Below, in pieces: positions 52,095-64,000 of a DNA stretch of 64,000 nt. The translations under genes and the position numbers were made by a program. Source of the stretch: Octopus bimaculoides (Eukaryota); NCBI RefSeq assembly GCF_001194135.2, contig NC_068988.1, positions 72,977,113 to 73,041,112 on the forward strand, written 5' to 3'. Each line of letters begins with the position of its first letter. The stretch's first letter is position 1. The notes beneath the pieces were generated by a model. That model saw only the letters and a list, made by a program, of their open reading frames with translations, made no database searches and was not told where the DNA came from.

Positions 52095-53445
52095 CTTAGA
52101 CTAGCACTACCTCACCTACCTTTGTTCCGCTTCACAATCAAATAGTGAATCGTGGCTCAATTTGGTGTCCTCCTCGTCAACTGGTATTCTTGATGATGAG
52201 TGCACCCATGTCAAAGTGGTCCAGCGCCTTGGTCTCTATAAGTGTGATCTGCACAAATTCCGTTGTGGAGTGGTCATCGATAGATTTAGCCTGCAGCCAT
52301 AGCACAGGCCACAGAATTTTTTTCCCACGAGAGTTCCGGACTCCAGTCATGAACTCATTTGTATACAGCCAATCAGAGCTCAACTATCAAACTAGTATCC
52401 ACCTAGTCACGAAAATACTCCAGTTGAGTTTAGTGGAAAATGTGCGTTATAGCAAAATCTAACTGTTCTAAATGCCTTATTAGGGATGACAAATGTAAAA
52501 TTTAGTGTATAAAGTGGATGGAGGGCTGCTCATTGATAATGCCATAAGTGTTGCCAATTTGATAATTTACTAAAAAATGTAAATGAGTGTAGTTTCCTAA
52601 TTTTTTGACTGATTTGAATATTCCTAATTTAAGATGTTGGTGTTGATCTGGAAACGTCATAATTAATGTAGCGTTGTGTCGTATTGTCCTCCTTGCATAT
52701 ATCAATGGGTACATGCAGTATCACTAATCTCAGTCTGAGTATAGGTACCTAATGTTAGCTCTATATAGAGATGGTGCTCAATTTATTTATGAGGGTGGTG
52801 TAGTGGGGGAATGTGGTGTTTATGTGAGACCTGCTATGCTGTACTCACAAAGTGGCATACACCATTCTGTGCCTGACTGGCTGTACTGTAGCATTGTAGT
52901 ATGTGGATTTTGAAGGTAAGCCTTGATTGGCTGTATACAAATGAGTTCATTACTGGGGTTTGGAATTCTCGTGGGAAAAAAGATTTCACGCACTGGTTGT
53001 TTCCACCGACATGCCGATCTGAATGACATAATTAGACGGGCCCTCAACACGGCTGGTTTCCCATCATAACAGGTAGCAGTAAGTCTTGAATGCATGGATA
53101 GTAAGATCCCCAACGGAACAACTTTCTTCCTGTACAAGAGAGGCAGATCGCTAATCTGCGACACGTTCTCCGACTCTAACCTTGCTGCATTGGCCGTAAA
53201 CTCAGGCTTGCTGCCTGTAACACCAAGGTGAGAAAGATAAGCAAATACAGTTCGTGCCGGTCGCCATTGAGACCTCACGTGTTCTTGGACCTTGCACTGC
53301 TGATTTCCTTTGAAAAATCAGGATAACTGCGGCCCATCTGAGAAATGAGCCACGCAGGATGGAGTGGTTGTTGCAGCAAGTGTTGCTGGCCATTCTCCTT
53401 GGCAACACCCTTGCAATCATGGCCATGAGGTGCAGCTACACATGC
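52095..53445 (+). mobile_element. CRE-type non-LTR retrotransposon 3' end (Zn knuckle plus RLE), interrupted by a MITE
   Basis: SESWLNLVSSSSTGILDDE...QRLGL.KC.LHKFRCG.VID (52120-52299); resumes GCFHRHADLNDIIRRALNTAGFPS...KRGRSL; then QFVPVAIETS.VLGP...EPR...WLLQQV.LAIL.GN.LAIM. Confidence 0.8.
52315..52986. mobile_element. MITE-like insertion with about 60-bp TIRs
   Basis: ttttttcccacgaga.ttcc...c.ccagt.atgaactcatttgtatacagccaatca at 52315-52375 and inverted at 52924-52986; the CRE protein similarity resumes on the other side. Confidence 0.8.
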
Positions 53446-53583
53446 CAATTTGTTCTGGAGTGTACAACCCATTACTTTCACCTCCCTGTCTTCTACCACT
53501 TAATTTCCTTCCACCCTTTTCTTTTCGTGTTTCCCTGATGAGGTAGTTATGAGAGATATTTCTTGATAATTTGATCTTTCATA

Positions 53584-53757
53584 CTCTTTTACTTGTTTCA
53601 GTCATTTGACTGCAGCCATGCTGGAGCACTGTCTTTAGTCGAAGAAATCGACCCCAGGACTTATTCTTTGTAAGCCTAGTACTTGTTCTATCGGTCTCTT
53701 TTGCCGAACCGCTAAGTGGTGGGGACGTAAGTCAGCGATGTTGGGGGACAAACACAG

Positions 53758-53796
<39 letters not shown>

Positions 53797-53955
53797 CGAC
53801 GAGCTTCTTTCAGTTTCCATCTACCAAATCCACTCACAAGGCTTTGGTTGGCCCAAAGCTATAGTAGAAGACACTTGCCCAAGGTGCCACGCAGTGGGAC
53901 TGAACCCGGAACCATGTGGTTAGTAAGCAAGCTAATTACCACATAACCACTCCTG
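53584..53955 (-). mobile_element. tRNA-derived SINE (family A), full length
   Basis: Head ggagtggttatgtggtaa...ggttccgggttcagtcccactgcgtggc; internal (TA)/(CA); tail agtaaaagag. Confidence 0.9.
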
Positions 53956-54002
53956 TAAAAATATATTGCAAGTAAAATGCATTTTTCATCTTTTAACAGA
54001 AG

Positions 54003-55180
54003 TATACGGTCATTAAGAATGAAATGTCTGATTTTGAACTAAAAAGCCATGCAGTTAATCAAAGTATGCACCTAAATTATCAACACAGTTTTGCCATTTT
54101 ATCGGTAGCTTATTTATGCCAGCAGCAAAAAATTCTGAAGTGCAAGAGGTGATGAAATCATGAAAGGCTGTTTTTTTGCATCTTCTTCAGATTTCAAGTT
54201 TTTCCTTGCAAAAAGTTGTCTAATGCCTAGAAAACATGATAGTTAGTTGGTACAAGGTCTGGTGAATATGGTAGATGACAGAGTACATCCAGGTTCAGTT
54301 CCTGTAACTTGAGTAGTGTTCTTTGTGCAACATGTGGTCAAGCATTGTCTTGCAAGAGAATTAGCCTGTCTCTGTTGACCAATCTCAGTTGTTTAATTGC
54401 AAATTCACTCATTATTTCATGTAATTGATTTACCAGGTCTCATGAAGCTGTAGTGGATGACACCAGTAATGGACCACCGAATAGACACTGTTAGCATTTT
54501 TTAGTGAATAGTCTTTTTTTGATTGTGTTTTGGCACTTTGTCTCTATCTTTGTCACCATGCAGAATGCTTGCTATTGTTGAAAAGAATCCATTTTTTATC
54601 ACATGTAATAATACGATGCAAAAATGGTTCACCTTTATGCCATGACAGCAAAGAACAGCAAATTTCAAGAAGACGTGTCATTTCAGATTGTCCAATACAG
54701 TTGGAATCGCAACATCATACCTTGATGCTAACTCACATGTAGTTTGAGATATATCCGCTTCCACTACAGTTTCCAGCTCATCATTATCCACCTTGGTTTC
54801 AGGTCTACCATGGGGCTGATTTTCAAGAGTAAAGTCACCAGACCAGAACTTCTCAAACCATCAACGTATAGTGCACTCATTCGCCACATCTTCAGCAAAC
54901 ACCTCATTGATGTTTCGAGCTGTCTGGTATGTATTGGTTCCATGACGGAATTCATACTTATAAACAACACAAATTTTTTATCTATCCATGGGTTCACAAA
55001 AATTGATTTACACAAGAAAGCTCACAATATAATCAGACACCATGAATTGCATTTAGAAAAGTGATGACGCAACTCTTCAATGTTGTAAAACAAAGAATTG
55101 TCAGGATAAAATATTAGAGTTAACAACCGTCAAACTTAGTGCGTAAAAAATCGAACTTCTCATTCTTAATGACTTGATAT
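54003..55180 (-). mobile_element. mariner transposon, decayed, both TIRs present
   Basis: From 54989: MDR*KICVVYKYEFRHGTN...WFEKFWSGDFTLENQPHGRP; LQDNA*PH...HLPYSPDLVPTNYHVF (YSPDL motif); TIRs sharing gtcattaagaatga; internal deletion. Confidence 0.92.
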
Positions 55181-55199
55181 TTATTGTTGCACATAAAGA

Positions 55200-55520
55200 C
55201 AAACTGCATTGGCCATTTATAGTTAACTGTAGCAATAATTACTGACTGGGAGAGAGATACTGCTCTGAGATTACAAAAAGCTATTGGTACAGCAACATGC
55301 GACTTGCCCAACATATCTGGAATCAATTGCACTATCTTCGTGACAACGAAGATACTTAGTCATCTGTCTGAGCCATCTGTCTTGGCAATCTCCTGGTTGA
55401 TAAGAATGGAAACACATGTTGATCAGCTGCCTCAACATTCTGCAAAGAATGTAACTGCCAAAAGTGGTTCTTCTAAGAAAAAGATTCTAGAAGATTGAAT
55501 CACATTACGGTTTCAAACTG
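55200..55520 (+). mobile_element. Possible Penelope-like GIY-YIG endonuclease remnant
   Basis: With frameshifts: AIY..NCSN...YIG...RLAQHI...LR...N.TAKSGSSKKKILE, loosely matching the PLE endonuclease pattern. Confidence 0.35.
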
Positions 55521-56427
55521 ATTGGCTGCACATGAAACTATTATGGTTCGGTCATGGTACCTGACAGTTACCTAGAGGTGAAACCTTGAATCACTGCTCT
55601 AGCAGTTTCTTCCCAGCTTATTACAGAATGTAAAAGGAGTGGAACAATGAAAAAAGAGCTGTACATGTACACTTGAATACAAACATTAGTTGCCGATGTC
55701 ACCTATCTTTAGACCAATGAAATTTTACAAACATCAGTTGCTGATATCACCTAACTCTAGACCAATCAAAACCAAACTTCAGCAAATACAGCAAAATAAC
55801 CCTTTAAGAGAATCAAGGAACTGGAACGACTGATGACCATTCCCCACAGGGAAGCCAACTAGGCAGAATGACAAACTTGACCATCGGAAAAACAAGACGT
55901 CATCAGTACTCTAACGAATCGAAAATCAGATCTGCTCGTGGAAAAAATTATAAATAGACCAGATTCCAAAACACACCATCACAAGTGAAAGTTCCTACAC
56001 ATGACCAGAAAGAGGATCAGAGAAATTGTAAACCAAATCCCTTTTTTCACTGTCTTCATTTCTCCATTGTTTTTTCCTCTCTTAAGTCAGTATGACTGAA
56101 ATTTTGATGATATTAATTTCTAGTCAGTCACTACTAATACTAATGTGCTTTGTACATTCAAACAAATTGGTGCACATTTTTAATATTATTGATTGTTATA
56201 AATATTTAAACTTGTCGACATCGAAATTTGTGAACATGTTTTTCTAATTTATAATTCTAAATTTTTACCATTGATAAACAAAGAATATTGTTGAAACTAG
56301 TTTGCTATATATATAAATGAATTTATTTTAAACAATTACAAGTTTTTCGAACTTAGGTACATTTTCAACAACAAATTTGCCTATATTTTTTCCTGCGTGG
56401 AAATGTTTTACATCTAGACATACATAC

Positions 56428-56462
<35 letters not shown>

Positions 56463-56464
<2 letters not shown>

Positions 56465-56610
56465 TGACAGGCTTCTTTCAACTTCTGTCTACCAAATCCA
56501 CTCACAAGGCTTTGGTCGGCTTTAGTAGAAGACACTTACACAAGGTGCCATGTAGTGAGACTGAACCCAGAACCATGTGGTTGGTAAACAAACTTCTTAC
56601 CACACAGCCG
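56463..56610 (-). mobile_element. tRNA-derived SINE (family A), 5' half
   Basis: Reverse complement gctgtgtggtaagaagtttgtttaccaaccacatggttctgggttcagtctcac...ccaaagccttgtgagtggatttggtagacagaag. Confidence 0.85.
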
Positions 56611-58084
56611 CAGGTCAAGGCATGTTTTTTTTTTCATTTTTTAATAAAATCGAAATGCTGAATGATCTACGGCTTGCAAAGCAACCACTGTTCCTTGTAA
56701 AAAGAAAAACTACAGGTTGTAGGGATTCTAGCACCAACCACAAGATATTCAGTTATGGATCAAGAGTGAGCTGTCACTGTTTCACGTGATTGATGTATAA
56801 ATCAACTAATAAGCATGAAGCTGTGGCGTGATCTTATAAAAACTGTTTAGCATCTAGCGCAACCAGATGGCCTCGGGAATTTGCATAGACCATTTTAGGC
56901 ACTCACAGAAGGCAAACCGCTAAGACCAAACCATTTTGGGCACTCAGACAGAACAGCTCGATCAAGAAATGACTTCGGAAACCCACACTCAATGTACCAC
57001 AGCCAGCCTTCTACAAGACACTGCACTGTTCTCTCCTTTCAGTTGGTGGTTATTTTATCAGCATCTTTCTTTCGTAACAACCAACTCAATAAATCATGTC
57101 CAGCAATAAGTATATTATAAGTATGTGAGATACTTCATTTATTATACATGCAACCAGATAGACTTCAAGACCAACATCACAACCTCACAACAATGGTGAC
57201 TAATCCCCTTGTGACATTGTTAACCAAGCAACCTCACAACAACAGGTGATGTTCAACACATGAAAAAGCCAGCAACAATAGTAACCCAACTCATCAATCT
57301 TATGAAAACCAACTCTCCAGCGCTGCAGTGGATACCAGATGAAGGCGAACAAAAACTGTAAGTTCAAAGGAGCAGACACTGAAAGCTCATAACTTTTATG
57401 ACTGCAACCACCCACCTTTTGAACCATGATGTTGAATGCTAACAGCATGTCTATTAATGAGTTAGACACTTTTTTTTTTATCAAACACAAATTTTTCGTC
57501 CATGTGGCATAACAGTTAAAGCCAACTTTTCAATGCTAAGGAACATTTCGTCTATCTTCAAATGCATGATTTCTGGACAAATTCGCAGTAACAACCAGTG
57601 TTTAATCTTTTCATATCTTTTTTGTTTGAGTGATTCCACATAACTTGCACTTGAATATAGCAACTTCACCTGTCCTGTTGCTTTCTAAGCCTTTCCAAGT
57701 GTTGAGAAGTATCAAAACATTAGTGGAAAATAACCTGCTCAAAGAGTCTATGTTGAGATAACTTTTTTCTCATGCCCACCATCAAACATACAAGCCGTTG
57801 TAATGCCTGTAAGACAGAAGAGTTCTACTATCTAGTTGGCCACCTTGGAAGATTGTATTATGGATATTTTCTCTTCCAATTCTTCCAATGCAGAAACTCA
57901 TCCTCCTACCTTCCTCTCTTCTATTTCCTCTGAATTGGCAATGTTTTGCAAGCTGACTGAAGACAAAATTCAGGCTCTGACAGATAGACTTGCACAATTG
58001 CAAATACTTCGATATTGTATGTGCATAAATTCTCATTGCCAAAGAACTTCAATAAATTATTTGGTCAGTCTCCTTTAGGTGGTA

Positions 58085-58375
58085 TCACAACTGTTTTTGG
58101 TGCTAATGCACACAGAAAGACTCAAATTAGCCACCCAAACGTGGGAAAAAGCAGCGCCAGGGGTTAAGGGCAACTGAAAAACTAGCACTCCATCAGTTAC
58201 AATGACAAGTATTCCAGTTGATTCAATCAAAGGAACAGCCAGCCAGTGAAGTTAATGTGCAAGTGACTGAACACTCCACAGACACATGTACCCCTAACAT
58301 AGTTCTCAAGGAGATTCAACATGACACAGAATGTGAGAAGGCTGGCCCTTTGAAAGACACAACATGACGTCGGAT
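58085..58375 (-). mobile_element. tRNA-derived SINE (family B), partial, inserted in the Gypsy element
   Basis: Reverse complement matches the body of 36776-37160 (tttcaaagggccagcct..tcaca.tctgtgtcatg.tgaatctcc.tgagaacta). Confidence 0.8.
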
Positions 58376-59021
58376 ATCAAACTCACAACCTGACGGTCAT
58401 GAACTGAGTACTGTAGCCTCTATGCCACAATCCTTCGCTTAAGCGTGACTACAACTCTTGGTGCACCTTCAATATGTTGTGCCTTTTATGTTTACAACAC
58501 CATCTCCAGATATTGGTTGCTGGTAGATACAGGAGCAGCTTGTAACATTTGGCCCATAAAATTCTTAGGCAAATTGCAAAAACTGACAGCCTTATAAGCT
58601 GTTCATCCTATTCCCACCTACGTTGAGAAATCTACGACCTTAGATCTTAGTTTACAACGTCATTCAAGTGTATTTTTCTGATTGCAGATCTTCCATATCC
58701 CATTATTGATGCTGTAAATTTAAAACACAAGAGACTGATAGATTCTGAAATGGATTTGTCAATAGAAGGTATGAGTATTAAATCTGCTACTGTTAATCCT
58801 CTTTTCTTTGTATCTTTTACATCTAATTGTTATCACACGATTCTTAGAAAATTCCCAGACATCACTTATACCGTTTCAGTGAGTGTGGTCACTAATTTAT
58901 AGTATGAAAGTGTTCGTGGAAAAGCTCTTATGAGTGAGCTTTTGAGAAGCTTGTGTAATGGAATATGAGAAGGCAGTTTTTAAACAAATAATTTAAATTT
59001 ATTAAAAGATAATGAGAGCTG

Positions 59022-59087
59022 TCAAGTAGTAAGAGTGTAGCCTGGAAGTAGTAAGTGTGTAGCCTGGAAGTAGCAAGACTGTAGCCT
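59022..59087. repeat. 22-bp tandem repeat, about 3 copies
   Basis: (aagtagtaag.gtgtagcctgg)n. Confidence 0.85.
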
Positions 59088-61609
59088 ATGTGTGCATAAG
59101 TCATGGAAAGCTTTATAACTTACATTTGAAATATGGATTCAATTGGAAGTCATTATAAGCTAATAGGAACAGAGCTAGCGTAAGCAAAAATATACTGCTC
59201 ATAATAGGACCAGAGTAGTGGGCTGATGTCATCCAGAATTTCGCAGAGCAAAGTAGGCATAAATGAAATAGGCTGTTCATGATGTGATCAGAGTGTGAGA
59301 GTAGGTATAATTCATAGCTAGTGGCACATGGTGTGAAAAACTGCTCATGATAAAGAAGTGATTTTGCTGGTCCACTGTCTTTCCACTAACTGATTAAAAC
59401 TCCCATTTCTCATCATGGGGAGTGAACTGCCTTTGATATTCATATGCACCCAGCCCTGATTGGCTGGAGAATGCCATAGCTCAACTGAAATAGCTTTCCT
59501 GACATGCTACACCGTGTTTAATAACAGTAATCCAGTGCACTCAGTTACATGTCATATCATCACTAAGGAACCTTCTGTTTCACTGCGACGTAGACAACTA
59601 CTCACTGATAAACTAAAACTTAGCAAAGGGCGAATTTAGCCACGACTTTGGAATAATTCAACTTTCTTGTAGCAATTAGTCTTCTCCACTACACATAGTT
59701 CCCAAGGAAACTAAGGAAGCTTGTGTCCCTGTGGAAACTACGGGTAATTGAATGATCCAATTCTGGATCTTTTCCATTTGGCTGCCAGTTTTCAATCTCT
59801 TCAATTCTTGTTCGAATTGATTTCATATTCGCTGTAATAATATGGTTTTATATGCTAATCACTGCTTTGACATGCATTTTCACAATAAATCAATAATAAA
59901 GAGTTATTATCCTTTAAAATTTGTAAATTTTCGGTAATTTTAGCCAATCACATTCATGCCTGTTTCCATAGTAACAAGCCAAGCATGAGAACTCTTTTGT
60001 CTGCGAGAAAGCACATGTTGACAAATATTTTTCACTGAGGTAGACGTCAGATGTGCTAAAAATAACAGCCAAATAGGCCTTAAATCACACACCAAAAAAC
60101 TTTAATTGCATAAATTCCTGTGTGCAGAATACAAATTCGCAAAAATCTTTTGAAAATTCCAAAAAATAAAACAGTTCTGAGGGGTTATATGGCGTGCATA
60201 AAGCAGAATTAGATTTGTTTACAGTTGACAACATGTGGATTAAATATTTTTGCTGGGTGTGCATTTCAACATCTCTACTTTAATTTCCTGATACGAAATG
60301 GTACCTGTAAGAATTGTAATTAAGTCCTTTACCTCACTGCTTAGGGCTGGTGGAAGAACACTAATTAATAAACTGAGTTGATGAGATTCTGACTGGAGTC
60401 TGATGGCCAAAAAGTGATCTTCTAAGTCAGTGAATCATATCAACATATCCAAATTAGAGAAGTGGGAAAAAATATTACTGCTTGTGATGCTGGGGGAGGA
60501 ATTTCTGTAGACGGCGACGATATAACATTTTTTTCTTTTGTCATTGTGCATTTGTTAATGCCATAACAGAAGACAATAGAAGATGTAACTGAAATATCCA
60601 AGAATCAAATGTGCAACAAAATATTTTTCTACTGTCATAAAAGAAAAACGCCAAGCAATTCATGAGAAATAGTAGTCACATGCCATCAATCTGAACATTT
60701 GTTCAAGCATATTGAAAACCACTGGGAACAGTGCTTTATCAATATTGGTGTTGTTTCAGTGGAATTACATCTGGTTTGTCAAGTTGTGAATCTATTGGGA
60801 GAAATGTCAGATCACTAACTTAGTGGTAGCAAGCTGGTAGACATTTTAGTTATTTGGAGCCTCCATTTTTAGTTGTTTTTTTTAAAGTCATAAATACTTT
60901 GTGGTTCACAATATTATGTAGGCTGCATGTGAAGATAAAACGACCACAATAATATTTATTTGAGTTTTCATATAATTTATTAACCTGCATCATTTATATT
61001 TACTGACACATTTATAAATGAATGGAACTATGTTTAGAGTTTTCTGTAATACAACCTGCTAGACATCTTCTCCTTCATATGGCCTTTTTCAGGACAGTAC
61101 GAAAAGGTGAAGCCCAATGACCAAAAGAAAGTCAAATAAATATCAAGCAGCAACATATGCATGGATTCCTTAGGAATTTACACTTTAGTTGGAATAAGAT
61201 GTCTAGGCCAAGCAGAAAAAGGAATTTGCACTTCTAACCATATAATGTGCTTTGTCATAAGTAGGCCCAGAGCTAAAGTAGAAGACACTTTCCCATGGTG
61301 CCATGCAATGTAACTGAGCCCAAAACCACAGAGTATGAAGCAAACTTCCTCAAGCCACAGCCATGTCTGTGCCTAAAGTAATATTAAATACCTCTCTGAA
61401 CTTAAAAAAAAAAAAACATATTTATAATCTTTACAGAATATTGCAGATGTCTTTTGACTTTTTATTTTAAAATTTTCCATCGCCTTTTACTCCACAACCT
61501 ACCCAGGAAAAGTGAGCAGAGAAGATAGATGGATATCACCTTTTATTTATATTATTTGACAAGTACTTAGGAAGCTTGTCTGCTAAAATGTATTTGTTCC
61601 AAATGTACA

Positions 61610-61928
61610 TGTTTAACTTGTAGTAACGCCGTGCGCATGCGTAGCCTCATGCATGCGGAGAGTTCAACATACCAAGTTTTCCCGCTTCATTCTCTCTCTT
61701 TTCCCGCAGACAGCAACCAAGCAAGACGTCTAAGCAAGCTCTCTCATTTGAGTGTGGTTGAACCAAGTTGTCTCTACAACGACACCAGCTCGAAGAACCG
61801 TACATCTACATTTCAGGCTACTCTAAAACCGGACAATTGGAAGCTGTTTTATTTTCCACCATACAATAAATATTTGTTGTTGTTGATCAGTTTGGAGTTT
61901 CTGCGTTCAGTTCACTTCTAATTTAACA
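61610..61928 (+). mobile_element. Probable solo LTR (TGTT...AACA, BEL/Pao-like ends)
   Basis: About 320-bp GC-richer, CpG-intact island starting TGTTTAAC and ending TTTAACA, with AATAAA at about 61865. No clean target-site duplication found. Confidence 0.55.
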
Positions 61929-62505
61929 TAGGAAAGTTAGGTGTACATCTAATGATGTATAACCCACTTTCCTAAAAACTACTAGAAATTTTTTCAAATA
62001 ATTTTTGACTTAACACAGTTTTGTTGTTACTGTAGACAATTACCCAAAATCGTTAACAAATAATACTAACTTTATATATATATATATATATAAGACCTAA
62101 CAGTTCAATTGCAAAGTGTCTCCACCAGCAACTGTTCTAGAAATCAAATTTCTAATATGAGGGATACTTAGAACTGATACATTCAACATAATATTTATTT
62201 CTAATAGAAGTACATAGCTACAAATTTGTAGGGAAGAGTATAATCATCAAAAACCCCAGTATTCAAAGAACTCACCCCAGAAGAATGAAAGGTTAAATTG
62301 TTCTCAGCAGGATTCAAAATTAGAATATCAGACATAACTATCACTGCTAATTCTACTGATCTAATTAACATGCATTTAAGATCACTACTGTTAATGAGAA
62401 AAATGCCTGAAGTGTGTCTTTAATTACAGAAGAGTACCAATCTCCTTGCTCCAGTATAAGGTAAAAGCAGCTATCTTATTCTAAAGGCCACCAGTTTATT
62501 TTCAG

Positions 62506-62626
62506 ATTCAATAAAACTCTCATCTCATTCAATAAAACTTTCATTCAATAAAACTTTCATTCAATAAAACTTCCATTCAATAAAACTTTCATTCAATAAA
62601 ACTTTCATTCAATAAAACTCTCATCT
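62506..62626 (+). repeat. 16-bp tandem repeat x7
   Basis: (ttcattcaataaaact)n; each unit contains AATAAA. Confidence 0.95.
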
Positions 62627-63324
62627 TGTGTATATAATGTAGAGTTGAAAACTTTGATTATCTGAGATTATCCATGCAGCTGGAGGACAAAAACACCCTT
62701 AATGTTCTTTAAAATCTAAAAATAACAAGCTAGGAAGATAACTCCAATAAACTCAGCAACTAAAATTTGATGGAAATGCAGATTAGAGTGGATCATGTCT
62801 GTAAAGCCAACTGGTGAAAGTAATAGATATGTTTTGCTAGTATTAGACCTCAGTGAAATATTTTCTATTCAATTAGCAAGACTTAAAAGTGATCCATATG
62901 TAAAGATATAGAGGGAATGTAGTGATGCTGATTATGAATATCAACAATATAGCTGAGGGGAAATACTTCAGAAGAGTGTTCTACAAACTAAATAAAAAAA
63001 AATCTGGAGTGTTTCACATATGTAATATAGCGAATGGAAAGTTTAGCTTGTTCTTAAAATAACTGCTATTTCATTGAATTCATCTGGTATTATGAACTGA
63101 AGATTTTAACTTTGTTTAGAAAACATAGAGTACCATTAAATCAGCAGCATTGATTTCATTGACACCAAGAGTTACACAAACAGCTCTGAAGGAAAACTTA
63201 CAATAGCACAATTACAAAATCTTATTTCTTATGGAAAGAGGGTCACAATTGAAAATATATAGATATGAATAAATTAGCCAATATATAAGACATAGTTATG
63301 TTTCATATATTGTTTTAAAGATCG

Positions 63325-64000
63325 GCAAGCCAAGTCAGACTTAAATCTAAGGCCTCAGCCAGTCCACCTATGCGTACCTACCTTCATTGGACACCAAACT
63401 CCACTTGCGAAGACCTGTTGAGGCAAGTGAAATTGAAATCGAGTTAAATTCGACGACTGGCACCCATGCCAACGTCGTCTCCTTCATTGGGACACGAAAC
63501 TCAGCTTGCGAAGACTTATTGGGGCAAGCGAAATCGAAATCGTGATGGCACCTGTGCCCAGCGTCGCCTTTCTGGTACTTGTGCCCGCGGCATGTATAAA
63601 GACTTTCGAGCGAGATCGTTGCCAGTTCCCCTAGACTGGCTCTTGTGCGGATGGCACATAAAATACACCATTTTGAGCGTGGCTGTTACCAGTACCGCCT
63701 GACTGGCCTTCATGCCGATGGCACGTAGAAGCACCCACTACACTCTCTGAGTGGTTGGCGTTTAGGAAGGGCATCCAGCTGTAGATACTCTGCCAAATGC
63801 TGTGCATGAGAAAACCCAGCAAGCCAAGTGAGATCTAAATCTAAGGCCTCAGCCAGTCCACTTAGGCATACCTTCCTTCATTGGACACTAAACTCCACTT
63901 GCGAAGACCTGTTGAGGCAAGTGAAATCGAAATCGAGTTAAATTGGACACTAAACTCCACTTGCAAAGACCTGTTGAGGCAAGTGAAATCGAAATCGAGT
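63325..64000 (+). mobile_element. RTE-tail retroposon family, two tandem or nested copies with subrepeats
   Basis: agccaagt.agat.taaatctaaggcctcagccagtccac at about 63328 and 63821; repeated ttggacac.aaactccacttgcgaagacctgttgaggcaagtgaaatcgaaatcgag; runs off the window end. Confidence 0.85.

Larger units (their letters stand above)
56718..59770 (+). mobile_element. Gypsy (CsRn1-like) LTR retrotransposon, decayed 5' half
   Basis: Putative LTR from TG (56718 or 56822) to ...CCTCACA(ACA) with AATAAA; PBS TGGTGAC at 57194-57200; Gag KP.Q.LR.IKTL...LF...P.NIQA...LATL.D.IM; protease LLVDTGA (about 58500-58530) and IADLPYPI; RT start PVHSVT.HI.T...SSPLHIVPK...PCG.Y..LN. Confidence 0.85.

Noticed and set aside
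52820-53278. 152-aa minus-strand ORF that superficially resembled an RT
   Set aside because: Antisense to the CRE endonuclease remnant and MITE; the plus-strand match is much stronger.
55830-55860. CTGATGA plus ttcc/ggaa stem as an active hammerhead
   Set aside because: The required GAAA is replaced by GCCA; at most a dead remnant.
60480-60800. Possible coding exon or Tc1-like transposase fragment
   Set aside because: Frames are interrupted by stops and I could not recognise a diagnostic motif.
62506-62626. CRISPR-like array (also 51535-51588 and 59022-59087)
   Set aside because: Head-to-tail tandem repeats without unique spacers, no cas genes, eukaryotic context.

Overview
AT-rich, repeat-dense eukaryotic genomic DNA. 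The SINE/RTE families and microsatellite load suggest a coleoid cephalopod, probably Octopus (inference). One host gene is supportable: an AF10/AF17 (MLLT10/MLLT6) family gene on the minus strand. I traced nine coding exons by hand (49584 down to 1693), all GT-AG with consistent phases, giving about 495 codons. They encode the complete N-terminal PZP (PHD-Zn knuckle-PHD) domain and part of the Ser/Thr-rich middle. The C-terminal OM-LZ region was not found and presumably lies beyond position 1. The rest is a layered transposon graveyard: RTE, BovB-like, CR1 and L2-like LINEs, two CRE-type (RLE) LINE remnants, Helitron, hAT, mariner/Tc1, a CsRn1-like Gypsy, a probable solo LTR, MITE-like foldbacks and several SINE families, with several clear nested insertions. 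I found no convincing evidence of a new biological system. The best leads are dsRNA-forming structures in the AF10 pre-mRNA: a perfect 31-bp hairpin near exon 4, a foldback near exon 9, and inverted retroposon copies flanking exon 8. These matter because coleoids have unusually heavy A-to-I editing. Family assignments rest on manual translation and remembered consensus motifs, not database searches. TE boundaries are approximate.
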